From: Campylobacterales bacterium
Lineage (GTDB): Bacteria; Campylobacterota; Campylobacteria; Campylobacterales; QNZT01
Length of the DNA stretch: 42,656 bases
Assembly (NCBI GenBank): GCA_027055005.1
Contig: JALUNR010000051.1
Location: 1-42,656, forward strand
Reading direction: 5' to 3'
Shown here: positions 16,765 to 27,300 of the stretch, piece by piece
Layout: each line of letters opens with the position of its first letter
Position numbering within the stretch: the stretch's first letter is position 1
Position numbers and translations under genes: made by a program
Notes under the pieces: generated by a model
What the model saw: only the letters and a program-made list of their open reading frames with translations
Database searches by the model: none
What the model was told of the DNA's origin: nothing

Positions 16765-17664
16765 TTAAAACTCTCTTTCTATCATATCTCTTACTACTTT
16801 TTGAAGCTCAATTTGATTTTCTTCTCCCTCAACTGCTTCAAGAGCCTCTTTACCTAAAGATTTTGCTAAATCAATAGACTTTTTCAAAGCTCCACTTTGA
16901 AATACCTTTTGAAGTAACCACATCTTCTGACTTTCATCTAACTCTTTTTTAAAAAAGCTCATCACTTTTTGTTTATCTTCATCTGCAAGAGAATTTATAA
17001 GGTCTATATAGATAAGAGTTGTTTTGCCTTCTTTAAAGTCATTTAGAGCTGGTTTTCCTAGTGTTTTTTCATTTTGAATAACATCTAAAACATCATCTAT
17101 CACTTGAAAAGCAAGTCCAAGATTTTTTCCATAAATTGCATACTTTTGTTCATCTTTTCCTGCTAGATTAGCAGAACACTTTGCAGTAGCTTCTATGAGG
17201 ACTGCTGTTTTTTTGTATATCATATCAAAGTACTTATCTTTATCTAAATTTATATTTTTAGAAAGCTCTACATCTAAAAGCTCACCTTGGCTCAAAAGTG
17301 CAACTGCATTTGCAATAGTGCTTGAGATAGTTAAGTTAAAATCAACCAACTTTTCATAAGCTTTTGAGTATAAAATATCTCCTAGCATAATGGCACTTTT
17401 ATTCCCAAATATAGCATTTATACTATCAACTCCTCTACGAGTTGAAGCATCATCTATCACATCATCATGAAGTAAACTTGCAGCATGAATAAGCTCTATG
17501 ATAGAGGCTAGTTTTATACTTTCTTCACTCTCTCCTGCTATCTTTAAGACTAGCTTTGCACGGAGTCTTTTCCCTGCTGGAACTTTTTTATAAAGCTCTA
17601 CTATTTCATCTCCACACTCAAATACAATACTTTGCATCGACCTCTCAATTTTGTCTAAACTCAC
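16765..17664 (-). CDS. ispB: Polyprenyl (octaprenyl) diphosphate synthase
   Basis: GKRLR, SLLHDDVIDDASTRRG, AFQVIDDVLD, DFKEGKTT. Confidence 0.9.
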   Translation of the reverse strand: MSLDKIERSMQSIVFECGDEIVELYKKVPAGKRLRAKLVLKIAGESEESIKLASIIELIHAASLLHDDVIDDASTRRGVDSINAIFGNKSAIMLGDILYSKAYEKLVDFNLTISSTIANAVALLSQGELLDVELSKNINLDKDKYFDMIYKKTAVLIEATAKCSANLAGKDEQKYAIYGKNLGLAFQVIDDVLDVIQNEKTLGKPALNDFKEGKTTLIYIDLINSLADEDKQKVMSFFKKELDESQKMWLLQKVFQSGALKKSIDLAKSLGKEALEAVEGEENQIELQKVVRDMIEREF

Positions 17665-18068
17665 TTAAACCTCACTTCCATACGACTTTTTGGATCTCTT
17701 ATATTTACATCTAAAGTCGCTTTTTTATTTTTAAATTTTTTAAATATTATTAAAGCAAATGCTTGATTTTTTATCCCCTGAAAATCCCCTATCAAGTTTA
17801 TCTTCACTGTATTTCTTTTGTATCTACTTTCCAAAAGATATTGTTTTTTAAATCCTTCATAATCTACCAACAAAACCAATTTTTTACCACTATATAAAGT
17901 CCATCTAAACTTTAGCTTACCATCACTTTTTTTTGTTGGAAGATAATCTTTTTTTATACTTATATTTACTACTTCATCCTTTTTTAAAGTGTAGCTGTAA
18001 GTATAGCTCCAAAATGAACTCTCACTCCACAACAATATAGGAAAAAGCAGTAAAAAAACTCTATTCAT
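17661..18068 (-). CDS. Campylobacterota conserved exported protein
   Basis: Signal peptide, FRWTLY motif; conserved position upstream of ispB-hemA. Confidence 0.75.
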   Translation of the reverse strand: MNRVFLLLFPILLWSESSFWSYTYSYTLKKDEVVNISIKKDYLPTKKSDGKLKFRWTLYSGKKLVLLVDYEGFKKQYLLESRYKRNTVKINLIGDFQGIKNQAFALIIFKKFKNKKATLDVNIRDPKSRMEVRFK

Positions 18069-18345
18069 TTTGTGTTAAAATTTGCCCCATTCCATCTACA
18101 AGCAGATCCATAGTTCTATCATCTATCTTTGCTTGATTTTCAAATGAATAGTTTCTAACAATTTGAACAATATCTTTATCTTCTCCCATCATATCCTCTA
18201 AAAGTAGCTCTAGTGCTGCCATATATCTTATGTTTTGATATAAATGCTCATCTACTAGATTTTGGTTCGCATTAAATACTATATCCATATACTTTTTTCT
18301 TGGACTTCCACCAAAAAGTGGATCATTTTCTAACTCTTCTAACAT
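18061..18345 (-). CDS. DUF2018 (HP0242-like) protein
   Basis: FGGSP..KY.DIVFNAN.NLV start and ILTQNE end; synteny with ispB-hemA. Confidence 0.8.
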   Translation of the reverse strand: MLEELENDPLFGGSPRKKYMDIVFNANQNLVDEHLYQNIRYMAALELLLEDMMGEDKDIVQIVRNYSFENQAKIDDRTMDLLVDGMGQILTQNE

Positions 18346-18405
18346 TTCTTCCCCTTAACGAAATTTGGCTACAATAATAGCTAAAATTAACTTTAAAGGC
18401 TTTTT

Positions 18406-18564
18406 ATGGACAAAAATAAGATAGGATTTTATCTCTTGATAATATTTTTTGTTAGTACAATTCTCTATATATTCGCTGCACCTATATTTATAATAGATAA
18501 TATTAATAAAGATGCAAAAAGACCTAAGAGTGAGAGAGTTTATTCACATCATAAAGTTAAATAA
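18406..18564 (+). CDS. 52-aa single-TM small protein (not in ORF track)
   Basis: AAAGG RBS; MDKNKIGFYLLIIFFVSTILYIFAAPIFIIDNINKDAKRPKSERVYSHHKVK fills an otherwise empty gap. Confidence 0.6.
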   Translation: MDKNKIGFYLLIIFFVSTILYIFAAPIFIIDNINKDAKRPKSERVYSHHKVK

Positions 18565-18574
18565 AAGATTTTAT

Positions 18575-19510
18575 TTAACTAAAAAACTCCTCGATATACC
18601 CTCTCATGATATCTCTATTATTAGTTCTATTTACTCTATCTCTAAAGGAACTGGCAAGTGGAAAGTTTTTTGAGTAGGTATGGAGGTGCTTTCTAAATAT
18701 AGCAACTCCCAAATCCCCATAAACTTCTAGCATAGAGTTGAAGTGTTCTAGTATAATCTCTTTGATTTTATCTTTTTTTACGACCTCTAAATCATTTTTG
18801 ATTTGATAAAATATCCAAGGATTTCCAACTGCTCCTCTTCCTATCATAACTGCATCAGATCCAGTTATCTCTTTTACCTCTTTGTATTTTTGTAAAGAGT
18901 TTATATCTCCATTTGCTACAACGGGGATTGATACTGCTTGTTTTGCATCGGCTATGGAATTGTAGTCGATTCTGTCTGGTTTGTATTTGTCAGATCTTGT
19001 TCTTCCGTGTAGAGTTATCCAGTCTGCCCCACTTTGTTCCACTACTTTTGCTATCTCTTTTGGATATTTACTTTCAAATCCTAATCGACTTTTAACTGAG
19101 AGGTATCTTTTGTTTGAGTATTTCTTTATAGTTTCTATCAGTCTTCCCATTTTTGGCAAATCTTTTAAAAGTGAGCTGCCTGAGCCGTGATTTACCACTT
19201 TTGGGACTGGGCAACCACAATTTAAATCTATGCCATCTATACCATCCATATCATTTAAAAGTAAAACTGCTTGTTTGATTGTTTCTTCACTATTTCCTGC
19301 GATTTGAACTATATATGGGTCTTCATTAGGAGCTTTTTCTAGCATTCTTAAAGTTTTGGTTGAGTGGTGTATAAAAGCATTTGAGCTTATCATTTCACTA
19401 ACAGTTACATCTACACCAAACTTTTTAACCACTTGTCTAAAAGGTAGATCAGTATATCCAGCAAGTGGAGCTAAAAAGAGTAGATCTTTTTTTGAAAAAT
19501 CTATCTTCAT
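18575..19510 (-). CDS. dusB: tRNA-dihydrouridine synthase
   Basis: LAPLAGYTD, SEMIS, DLNCGCP, HGRT, ANGDI, MIGRG; start may be 19510 or 19531. Confidence 0.9.
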   Translation of the reverse strand: MKIDFSKKDLLFLAPLAGYTDLPFRQVVKKFGVDVTVSEMISSNAFIHHSTKTLRMLEKAPNEDPYIVQIAGNSEETIKQAVLLLNDMDGIDGIDLNCGCPVPKVVNHGSGSSLLKDLPKMGRLIETIKKYSNKRYLSVKSRLGFESKYPKEIAKVVEQSGADWITLHGRTRSDKYKPDRIDYNSIADAKQAVSIPVVANGDINSLQKYKEVKEITGSDAVMIGRGAVGNPWIFYQIKNDLEVVKKDKIKEIILEHFNSMLEVYGDLGVAIFRKHLHTYSKNFPLASSFRDRVNRTNNRDIMRGYIEEFFS

Positions 19511-19523
19511 ACTGCTTTGTAAA

Positions 19524-20528
19524 CTATACAAACATATCTATGTCGAAGTTTTTACCGTTATCTTTTAAAAATAGTAAGTGTTTGTATTTTGTGTACTCTT
19601 TTTTTCCTGAGTTATCTAAAAAGTCTCTCACTTTATCTATCATTTGAAGATCAAACATAGTATAAAGATAAGCATCTGCACCATTTTCAGGGAATTTAGC
19701 TATCAATTGTATCGCAAATTTTACTCTCTCATCAGGAGAAAGTTTATCTTTTAGTTTTTTTACAAGTTCTATCAAATCATGAGAATCAAAGTTAAGCTCT
19801 TCAGAATAATCTAGTATTTTATCATTTGAAAGCTCAAAATCCTTTTCACCTATTCTATCTATAAGCTTATATAAAATCTCTTTTGTCATTTTTACATTGT
19901 ATTTTTGAAGTTCACTTATAGGAGAATACTCAGCCATAGCTACTGATGCTTTTTTGAGTAACTCTTCATCCTTACATTTTTTTAAGATAGTAGCAGCATA
20001 ACTTTTATCAACTCTAAGCATATTTTCATAATTTTTAATCATCAAAGCATTATCAGGTTGTAGTCCAAACTTCGATAAGTCAAGTACATTACCTTCATAA
20101 ACTTTTTGTTTAGCTTCTAAAATATCTTCTATACCATCATCATGAATCCTATAACCACTATATCTTTTTGGATCTATATTTAACAGTGGTAAAACTTTTC
20201 CTGGTAACTTAAATATTTCACTCTTATATTCATTGTTACTTATTTTTTTACCAAGTAATGCTCTTTTTTCATTTTCAAGAAATTTTATAGCATCATTTTT
20301 TATTTTTTTCAACCTAAAAAAGCCAAGAGTCCCATAAAACATAAGATGGATTATTGTAAAAATATAAAGAATTGCCATAGGTAGAACGACCCATACAGCT
20401 ATTGGCAATGAAGGTATAGTTATTCCTGCAACTGTTAACGAATATGTAGCATCTGTTAAACTATAAACATATAATCCAGTAGCTATTACTAATACTAAGC
20501 CAAAAAGTAAATATTTTTTAAATCCCAT
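19524..20528 (-). CDS. Conserved Campylobacterota membrane protein (two N-terminal TMs, helical soluble domain)
   Basis: 334-aa ORF between dksA and dus; AAGGA RBS. Confidence 0.8.
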   Translation of the reverse strand: MGFKKYLLFGLVLVIATGLYVYSLTDATYSLTVAGITIPSLPIAVWVVLPMAILYIFTIIHLMFYGTLGFFRLKKIKNDAIKFLENEKRALLGKKISNNEYKSEIFKLPGKVLPLLNIDPKRYSGYRIHDDGIEDILEAKQKVYEGNVLDLSKFGLQPDNALMIKNYENMLRVDKSYAATILKKCKDEELLKKASVAMAEYSPISELQKYNVKMTKEILYKLIDRIGEKDFELSNDKILDYSEELNFDSHDLIELVKKLKDKLSPDERVKFAIQLIAKFPENGADAYLYTMFDLQMIDKVRDFLDNSGKKEYTKYKHLLFLKDNGKNFDIDMFV

Positions 20529-20537
20529 TGTATTCCT

Positions 20538-20891
20538 TTAAATAGTTGTCTTTTCTACTATTTCTCTACATACTATACAATATCTCGCCTGAGGTTTGAC
20601 TTTAAGTCTTTCTATTCCTATTTCTTCTTCACACATTTCACAAATAGCATATGTTCCTTCATCTATTTTACTTAAAGCATACTCTATCTCATCAAGTTCT
20701 TTTGACTGTTTTTTTGTCAAAGTTTCTTCAAGTGCTGTATCTATTGTTATTGTTGCCAAATCAGCATCATCACTTGTTTCACTACTTTTTAACTCCCCTA
20801 TTTCACTTTTATACTCTACAATATTTTTTAAAATCTGCTCTTTTCTATCAAGCAAAATTCTTTTAAACATTTTTAATTCATTTTCATTCAT
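20538..20891 (-). CDS. dksA: RNA polymerase-binding protein DksA
   Basis: DDADLA coiled-coil tip, CEMC...ERL..KP.A.YCIVC zinc finger. Confidence 0.92.
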   Translation of the reverse strand: MNENELKMFKRILLDRKEQILKNIVEYKSEIGELKSSETSDDADLATITIDTALEETLTKKQSKELDEIEYALSKIDEGTYAICEMCEEEIGIERLKVKPQARYCIVCREIVEKTTI

Positions 20892-20993
20892 CTTATACTC
20901 CTCAAAAATTGTTTTAAAGTTATATCAAATATTTTGTTAAACTTAACTTTAAAATTATTATATAAATATAATTTTACTTTAAGATTATATGCT

Positions 20994-21446
20994 TTACTTA
21001 TGATATGGATGAGAATTGATTATAGTATAAGCTCTATATATTTGCTCATAGAGTATAACTTTGGCTATTTTATGGCTAAAAGTTAAGGAACTTAGTGAAA
21101 TAACTCTATCACATTTATTTAAAAACTCTTTTTCAAACCCATATGCCCCACCTATAAAAAAGTTTATATTTGCATTATTTTCAAATATTTTTGCAAACTC
21201 AAAACTATCTAAAGCTTTTGCATCCGGATGCAAAGCAATATTATAACCTTTTAAAAGTGGAGTAAATGTGTCAGTATAACTCTTCTTAGCCAACTCCTTG
21301 GTTTGGTTTTGTGAAAAAGCGATTTTATTGTTAAAGATTGATTTATAAGTTAAAGAAGAGTACTTACTTATCATTTTTTGATAATTTTTTAATATAGGTT
21401 CAAATTCATCTTTTGAGTTTTTTTCAATCGCATAGATACAAATCAC
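20994..21446 (-). CDS. rlmH: 23S rRNA m3-psi1915 methyltransferase
   Basis: FFIGGAYG, SLSSLTFSH, EQIYRA.TI...HPYHK; GTG 21446 after AAGGTGG preferred over track start 21470. Confidence 0.93.
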   Translation of the reverse strand: MICIYAIEKNSKDEFEPILKNYQKMISKYSSLTYKSIFNNKIAFSQNQTKELAKKSYTDTFTPLLKGYNIALHPDAKALDSFEFAKIFENNANINFFIGGAYGFEKEFLNKCDRVISLSSLTFSHKIAKVILYEQIYRAYTIINSHPYHK

Positions 21447-22005
21447 TACCAACCACCTTATACTTAGCAAAATCTATCTCATCACTGACTTTTACCCCAC
21501 CTATAATAGCAACTGGATGAGTACTAAGTAATGCTAACTCTTTTATTTTTTCCCCTAAAACTTCTTTTATATCTTTTTTAGTTGAAGTATCTCTATATGC
21601 TCCAAGTCCTATGTAGTCTATATCAAGGGTGTTTGCTAAAAGTATTTCTTCTTTGTTGTGAGTTGATAGTCCTAAAGTTTTTCTACCTATTTGGTTTCTT
21701 ACTTTTTTAACTGCATTTTCAAAATCTTTATCGACTTCTTTTAAATCCTCTTGTCCCAAATGAACTCCATCACAAAAAAGAGCTAACTCTATATCATCAT
21801 TTACTAAAACTTTTCCGTCAAAGTTAGCTTTTAGCTTCATGATTGAGTCTATTTTACTGTCAATATCATTTACTTTATCTCGGTATTGGATGATTTTTGC
21901 ATTGTGTTTTTTACAGATTTGTAAAAACTCATCTATGGATTTGTTGCCCATTTTTTGATTTAGTTCAAAATCATATAGGGCATATAAGTCAGCTAACACT
22001 CTCAC
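21424..22005 (-). CDS. thiE: Thiamine-phosphate synthase
   Basis: [40 protein letters not shown]. Confidence 0.88.
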   Translation of the reverse strand: MRVLADLYALYDFELNQKMGNKSIDEFLQICKKHNAKIIQYRDKVNDIDSKIDSIMKLKANFDGKVLVNDDIELALFCDGVHLGQEDLKEVDKDFENAVKKVRNQIGRKTLGLSTHNKEEILLANTLDIDYIGLGAYRDTSTKKDIKEVLGEKIKELALLSTHPVAIIGGVKVSDEIDFAKYKVVGSDLYLCD

Positions 22006-22855
22006 TCAAATCCATGTTTGCCGAGAAGTATTTTAAAGTTTGAGAAACTCTATATTTTAACTCAGTTCTTTTTACTACCATATCTAAAAAACCGTGTTCT
22101 AGTAAAAACTCAGCTGTTTGAAATCCTTCAGGAAGTTCTGCACCGATAGTTTGTTTGATAACTCTTTGTCCTGCAAATCCTATCAAAGCTCCAGGCTCAG
22201 CAATAATCATATCTCCTAGCATTGCAAAAGAAGCACTTACTCCTCCCATAGTAGGGTCTGTTAGTATTGAGATATATGGTAGGTTGTGTTTTGCAAGTTT
22301 TTTTAGTGCAGCTGAAGTTTTTGCCATTTGCATAAGTGAGTAGGTACTTTCTTGCATCCTAGCTCCTCCACTAGCACTTATGATAACAACACCTTGTTTT
22401 TTTTCTATCGCTCTGTTTACTGCTCTTACTATCTTTTCACCCTCTACTGATCCTAAACTTCCGCCCATAAAGTTAAAGTCAAATACTACTAGTTGAGCTG
22501 GAATTGAGTTTATAGTGCACTCTCCACTTACAACTGAGCTTTTTCTATTTGTCTTTTTTTCATTCTCTTCTATTCTTTTTTTATACGATTTTTTATCTAC
22601 AAATTTTAGAGGATCTGTTGGAATAAGGTTTGCATCCATCTCTACAAAAGTTCCTTCATCAGCTAAGAGTTCTATTCTTCTTTGCTGCCCTATTCGAAAG
22701 TGATATTCACATTTTGGGCAGACATTTTGATTGTTATCAACCTCTTTATAGTACATCAAAGAGTTACATTTTTTACATTTTACCCAGTGAGATGGTGCTT
22801 CATTTTTAGTTGGTTGCTCTTTTCTAAAATTTTTAAAAAGATTACTAAAGTTCAT
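21989..22855 (-). CDS. accD: Acetyl-CoA carboxylase carboxyltransferase beta subunit
   Basis: WVKCKKC...CPKC zinc finger, [32 protein letters not shown]; ATG 22855 after GAGG. Confidence 0.97.
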   Translation of the reverse strand: MNFSNLFKNFRKEQPTKNEAPSHWVKCKKCNSLMYYKEVDNNQNVCPKCEYHFRIGQQRRIELLADEGTFVEMDANLIPTDPLKFVDKKSYKKRIEENEKKTNRKSSVVSGECTINSIPAQLVVFDFNFMGGSLGSVEGEKIVRAVNRAIEKKQGVVIISASGGARMQESTYSLMQMAKTSAALKKLAKHNLPYISILTDPTMGGVSASFAMLGDMIIAEPGALIGFAGQRVIKQTIGAELPEGFQTAEFLLEHGFLDMVVKRTELKYRVSQTLKYFSANMDLSESVS

Positions 22856-22926
22856 AATAGTCCTCATTTAATATATTTAATTTTGCTAGTATATGCTTTG
22901 TTTACTTAAGAGAAACTCATAAATTT

Positions 22927-22948
22927 GGACTGAGACTAATCTCAATCC
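22927..22948 (-). terminator. Stem-loop immediately after gltD
   Basis: Minus strand GGATTGAGA-TTAG-TCTCAGTCC, 9-bp stem; short U-tract. Confidence 0.55.
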
Positions 22949-22949
22949 T

Positions 22950-24335
22950 CTATTTTTTTAAAAGTTTAGCTAAATTTTCAGCAGCCCTTTTCCCATCTGC
23001 AGCAGCAGTTACAACCAAGTCACTTCCTCTTTGACAGTCCCCTCCACTAAAAACAAATGGAACTGAAGTTTGACCATTTGCATCGACTTCTATTTCGCCC
23101 CATTTGTTGGTAAGGATTCCATTTTCACTTAAAAACTCAGGGTTTACAGTGTCAAAACCAAGTGCAAAGATAACAACATCGGCATCTACTTTATATTCAC
23201 TTCCATCTATAATCTCAACCCTACTTCTTCCACTCTCATCTTTTTGAGAAAGAGTAGTTTTTACTACTTCTACTCCTACCACTTCATCATTTTCATTTAT
23301 AAGCACTTTTTTAGGAGATGCTTGAAATATAAACTCTGCACCCTCTTCTTTCGCATTTTTGAACTCTTTTTTACTTCCTGGCATATTCAGGGCATCTCTT
23401 CTATATAAACATTTTACAGACTTTGCCTTTTCTCTTAGAGATGTTCTTATACAATCCATAGCAGTATCTCCACCACCTATAACGACTACATCTTTTCCTT
23501 TTACATCATAATAAGAGTCATATTTTTCACCAAATAGTTTCTTTTGAATATTTCTCAAAAATTCTATTGCTAAAAAAGTTCCTTTTGCATCTTCATTTTC
23601 AAGTCTTGCTTTTTTACTTTTTTCAGCTCCTATACCAATAAAAACTGCATCAAAATTTTCTATCAAATCTTTTAACTCCACATCTTTTCCAACTTCTGTA
23701 TTTAAGTGAAGTTTCATACCAGCTTCTGTCAAAAAGTCAAATCTTCTAAAAACAATACTTTTTTCTAACTTGAAAGATGGAATACCATAAGTCAAAAGCC
23801 CACCTGGTTTTTCATTTTTTTCAAACATTTCTACTTGGATGCCACTTCTTAAAAGATAAGTTGCAGTTGCAAATCCAGCTGGTCCACTTCCTACAATCGC
23901 TACTTTTTTGCCACTAAACTCACTAGCAAATTCTGGTTTTAAACCTTTTTTAAATCCCTCTTCACTTAGATAAGTTTCAATAGAGCCTATTGTGATAGCA
24001 GAGTAACCATCTTGTTCAAGTGTACAATCCCCCTCGCAAAGTCTATCTTGAGGACAGATTCTGCCTGTTATCTCAGGAAAAGGGTTTGTTTCATTTGATA
24101 ATCTAAACCCAAGCTCTAACTCTTTAGAAGCAGTTGCTCTAAGCCAGTTTGGTATGTAGTTGTGAAGTGGGCATTTGTTGTGGCAGTATGGATCACCGCA
24201 CTGAACACATCTATTTGCTTGAGCTGCCGCTTCACTTCTTTTAAAAATATTATATATTTCATTAAAATCTTTTTTTCTCTCGTTCGACCCTCTTTTAAAA
24301 GGATCTATTCTTTCTAATTCTGTAAAATTTTGCAT
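22950..24335 (-). CDS. gltD: Glutamate synthase (NADPH) small subunit
   Basis: RCVQCGDPYC..CP, GRICPQDRLCEG.C, GSGPAG, GGGDTAMDC, LVVTA. Confidence 0.95.
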   Translation of the reverse strand: MQNFTELERIDPFKRGSNERKKDFNEIYNIFKRSEAAAQANRCVQCGDPYCHNKCPLHNYIPNWLRATASKELELGFRLSNETNPFPEITGRICPQDRLCEGDCTLEQDGYSAITIGSIETYLSEEGFKKGLKPEFASEFSGKKVAIVGSGPAGFATATYLLRSGIQVEMFEKNEKPGGLLTYGIPSFKLEKSIVFRRFDFLTEAGMKLHLNTEVGKDVELKDLIENFDAVFIGIGAEKSKKARLENEDAKGTFLAIEFLRNIQKKLFGEKYDSYYDVKGKDVVVIGGGDTAMDCIRTSLREKAKSVKCLYRRDALNMPGSKKEFKNAKEEGAEFIFQASPKKVLINENDEVVGVEVVKTTLSQKDESGRSRVEIIDGSEYKVDADVVIFALGFDTVNPEFLSENGILTNKWGEIEVDANGQTSVPFVFSGGDCQRGSDLVVTAAADGKRAAENLAKLLKK

Positions 24336-24373
24336 TTTTGTTCCTTCATGATATAACTCTTATTCATATCTAA

Positions 24374-27300
24374 CTAATCTCCCTCCTGAGGGTTTAGTGG
24401 TACTCGTTTCATGTCTTTTGGTTTTATTATCCAAAAATTTCTTATATTATGTCTAAAGTTTTCAAGTATATTTGTAGCTTTTTTACTTCCAGTTTCTGCT
24501 ATATACTCTTTTAAAATCCTTTTGATAAAGTGTCTTTCTTCATCACTTTCATCCATATCTATTCTACTTGCTACTACTAACTCTTGGTTTAGATTATCTA
24601 TAAAGTTATGTTCTTCATCATAGATAAATGCAACTCCTCCAGTCATACCAGCACCAAAGTTTACACCAGTTTTTCCAAGATTTACTACTATCCCCCCAGT
24701 CATATATTCACAAGCATGATCTCCAGCCCCTTCTATAACTGCAATAGCTCCAGAGTTTCTAACACCAAATCTCTCTCCAACACTTCCAGCTACAAAAAGT
24801 TTTCCACCAGTTGCACCGTAAAGACAAGTATTTCCTCCACATGAAAAGTTATCTCCTTGAGTTTTAGGAGTAATGATTATCTTACCACCATTCATACCTT
24901 TTCCAATATAGTCATTTCCTGCACCATTTACATAGATACTAACTCCATTTATCAAAAATGCTCCCAAAGATTGTCCTGTAATACCCGTTAGTTTAAAAGT
25001 GATAGAGTCCTCTTTTAAACCTTGATTTCCATAGTATTTTGCTATCTCACCACTTATCAAGGTACCAAAACTTCTGTTTAGATTAGAGATTTTTTTCTTC
25101 AAAGTCATACTCTCACCAGGATTTTGGATAACTGGATATACCTCTTTTAGTATCTCTTTTTCGTAAGCATTATCATCAAAAGGTTTATTTTCTTCTACTT
25201 GACAAGTATCTACTCCATCAAGCCTTCTGAGTACTGAACTAAAATCAAATTTCTTAGCAAATTCATCATCTATAACTTTCAAAAGATCACTTCTACCTAC
25301 TATCTCTTCAAGGCTTGAATAACCAAGACTTGCTAGTATTTCTCTAACATCTTCAGCAAGTAGTGTAAAGAAATTTTTAACTCTGTTTACATTTCCGACA
25401 AAGTGTTCACGAAGTTGTGGATCTTGAGTTGCAACTCCTACTGTACACTTGTTCATATGACATATTCTAAGGATTCTACAACCTACCATACAAAGAGTAG
25501 CTGTACCAAAAGCATAACTTTCAGCACCTAGCATAGCAGCTTTTATAACATCAAGTCCAGTTTTAAGTCCACCATCTGTTTGAAGATGTACAAATCCTCT
25601 AAGTCCATTTACTTTTAAAGCATTGTGAGCTTCGCTAAGTCCTAACTCCCAAGGATTTCCTGCATTTTTGATACTTGTTAATGGTGCTGCACCTGTTCCA
25701 CCATCTCCACCTGAGATGATGATTTTATCAGCATAAGCTTTTGCAACACCAGCAGCAATAGTTCCTACCCCGCTAGTAGAAACCAGTTTTACTGTTATCT
25801 TTGCATCAGGATTTATCTGTTTCATATCAAAAATAAGTTGAGCCAAATCCTCAATAGAATAAATATCATGATGAGGAGGAGGAGATATAAGAGTAACTCC
25901 TGGAGTTGTATATCTTAAACTTGCTATAAGTGCAGTAACTTTGTGACCTGGAAGTTGCCCACCCTCTCCTGGCTTTGCACCTTGAGCAACTTTTATCTGT
26001 ATCTCCTCTGCACTCCTTAAATACTCTGGAGTAACACCAAATCTTCCTGATGCTATTTGCTTTATTTTAGAGTTTCTAATAGTTTTTAACCTTTCACTAG
26101 CTTCTCCACCCTCTCCCGAGTTACTTTGAGCTCCAAGTTCATTCATAGCTTGAGCTATCGCTTCATGAGCTTCTGGAGAGATTGAACCAAGACTCATAGC
26201 TGCACTTGCAAATCTTTTGAAAATATTCTCTTTAGGCTCTACTTCTTCTAAACTTATGGATTTTTTATCACTTTTAAATTCAAAAAAATCTCTTATCATC
26301 TTAAAGTTACGATTATTAACTACATCTTTATATTTTTCAAAATCCTCTTTTTTACCACTTACACTAGCTTGATGAAGAGTATTTACAACAAGAGGTGCAT
26401 AATCATGATGTTCTTTTCCAAAAACAAACTTATGAAGTCCACCAACTTCCAATGGAAATAGTTTTTTAACTCCCATAATAGAAATAGCATTTTGATAATA
26501 TCTCTCTATCCTTTCCTCTATATCATTATATCCAAGTCCAGGAATAAGAGCATGAGAATCATTAAAACAGTCATCAACTATTTCATTTGATAATCCTAAT
26601 ACATCAAAAAGTGATGAACTTCTATATGATGCTATAGTTGCTATACCCATCTTTGACATGATTTTTAAAAGTCCAGCTCCTAGTGCTTGGTGAGTACTTT
26701 TAAAAGCTTCTTTTTGCTCATATTGACTTAAATCTTGTTTTCTAACAATATCTAGTACAGTTGCATATAAAAGATATGGATATATAGCATTTACTCCATA
26801 TGCAATCATAACTGCCGCTGAATGAGAGTCAAACACTTCGCTGGTTTCTGCAATAGTAGAAGTTAGATGCCTTACTCCCTCTTGTTTTAAAATTTTATTT
26901 AATCTTCCAATAACCATTGCCATAGGGATAAATTTCATATTTTGATTATCACATCTATCTGAAAGAACTATTATTCTTATACCATCCTCTTTTACACTTC
27001 TTACTATTTTATTGACAAGAGAATCTAATGAAGCTTTTAAGTCAGATGTAAAAAGAGTCGAAAAAGTTTTGTTTTTGTAGTGTGAATTATACCTTGGGTT
27101 ACTCTCATTTCCAAATGACAATAAAACTTTCAACTTCTCCTCCATCAAGATTGGAGAGACAGCTTTTATCCTCATAGCATGATCTGGATCTTCATGAAGG
27201 ATATTTCTAAGTTCACCAAATCCAGTGTTTAAACTCATAACAACTTTTTCTCTTATAGGATCTATTGGTGGATTTGTAACTTGTGCAAACTTTTGTTTAA

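Noticed and set aside
20941-20990. AT-only inverted repeat upstream of dksA
   Set aside because: Expected by chance in nearly pure A/T intergenic DNA
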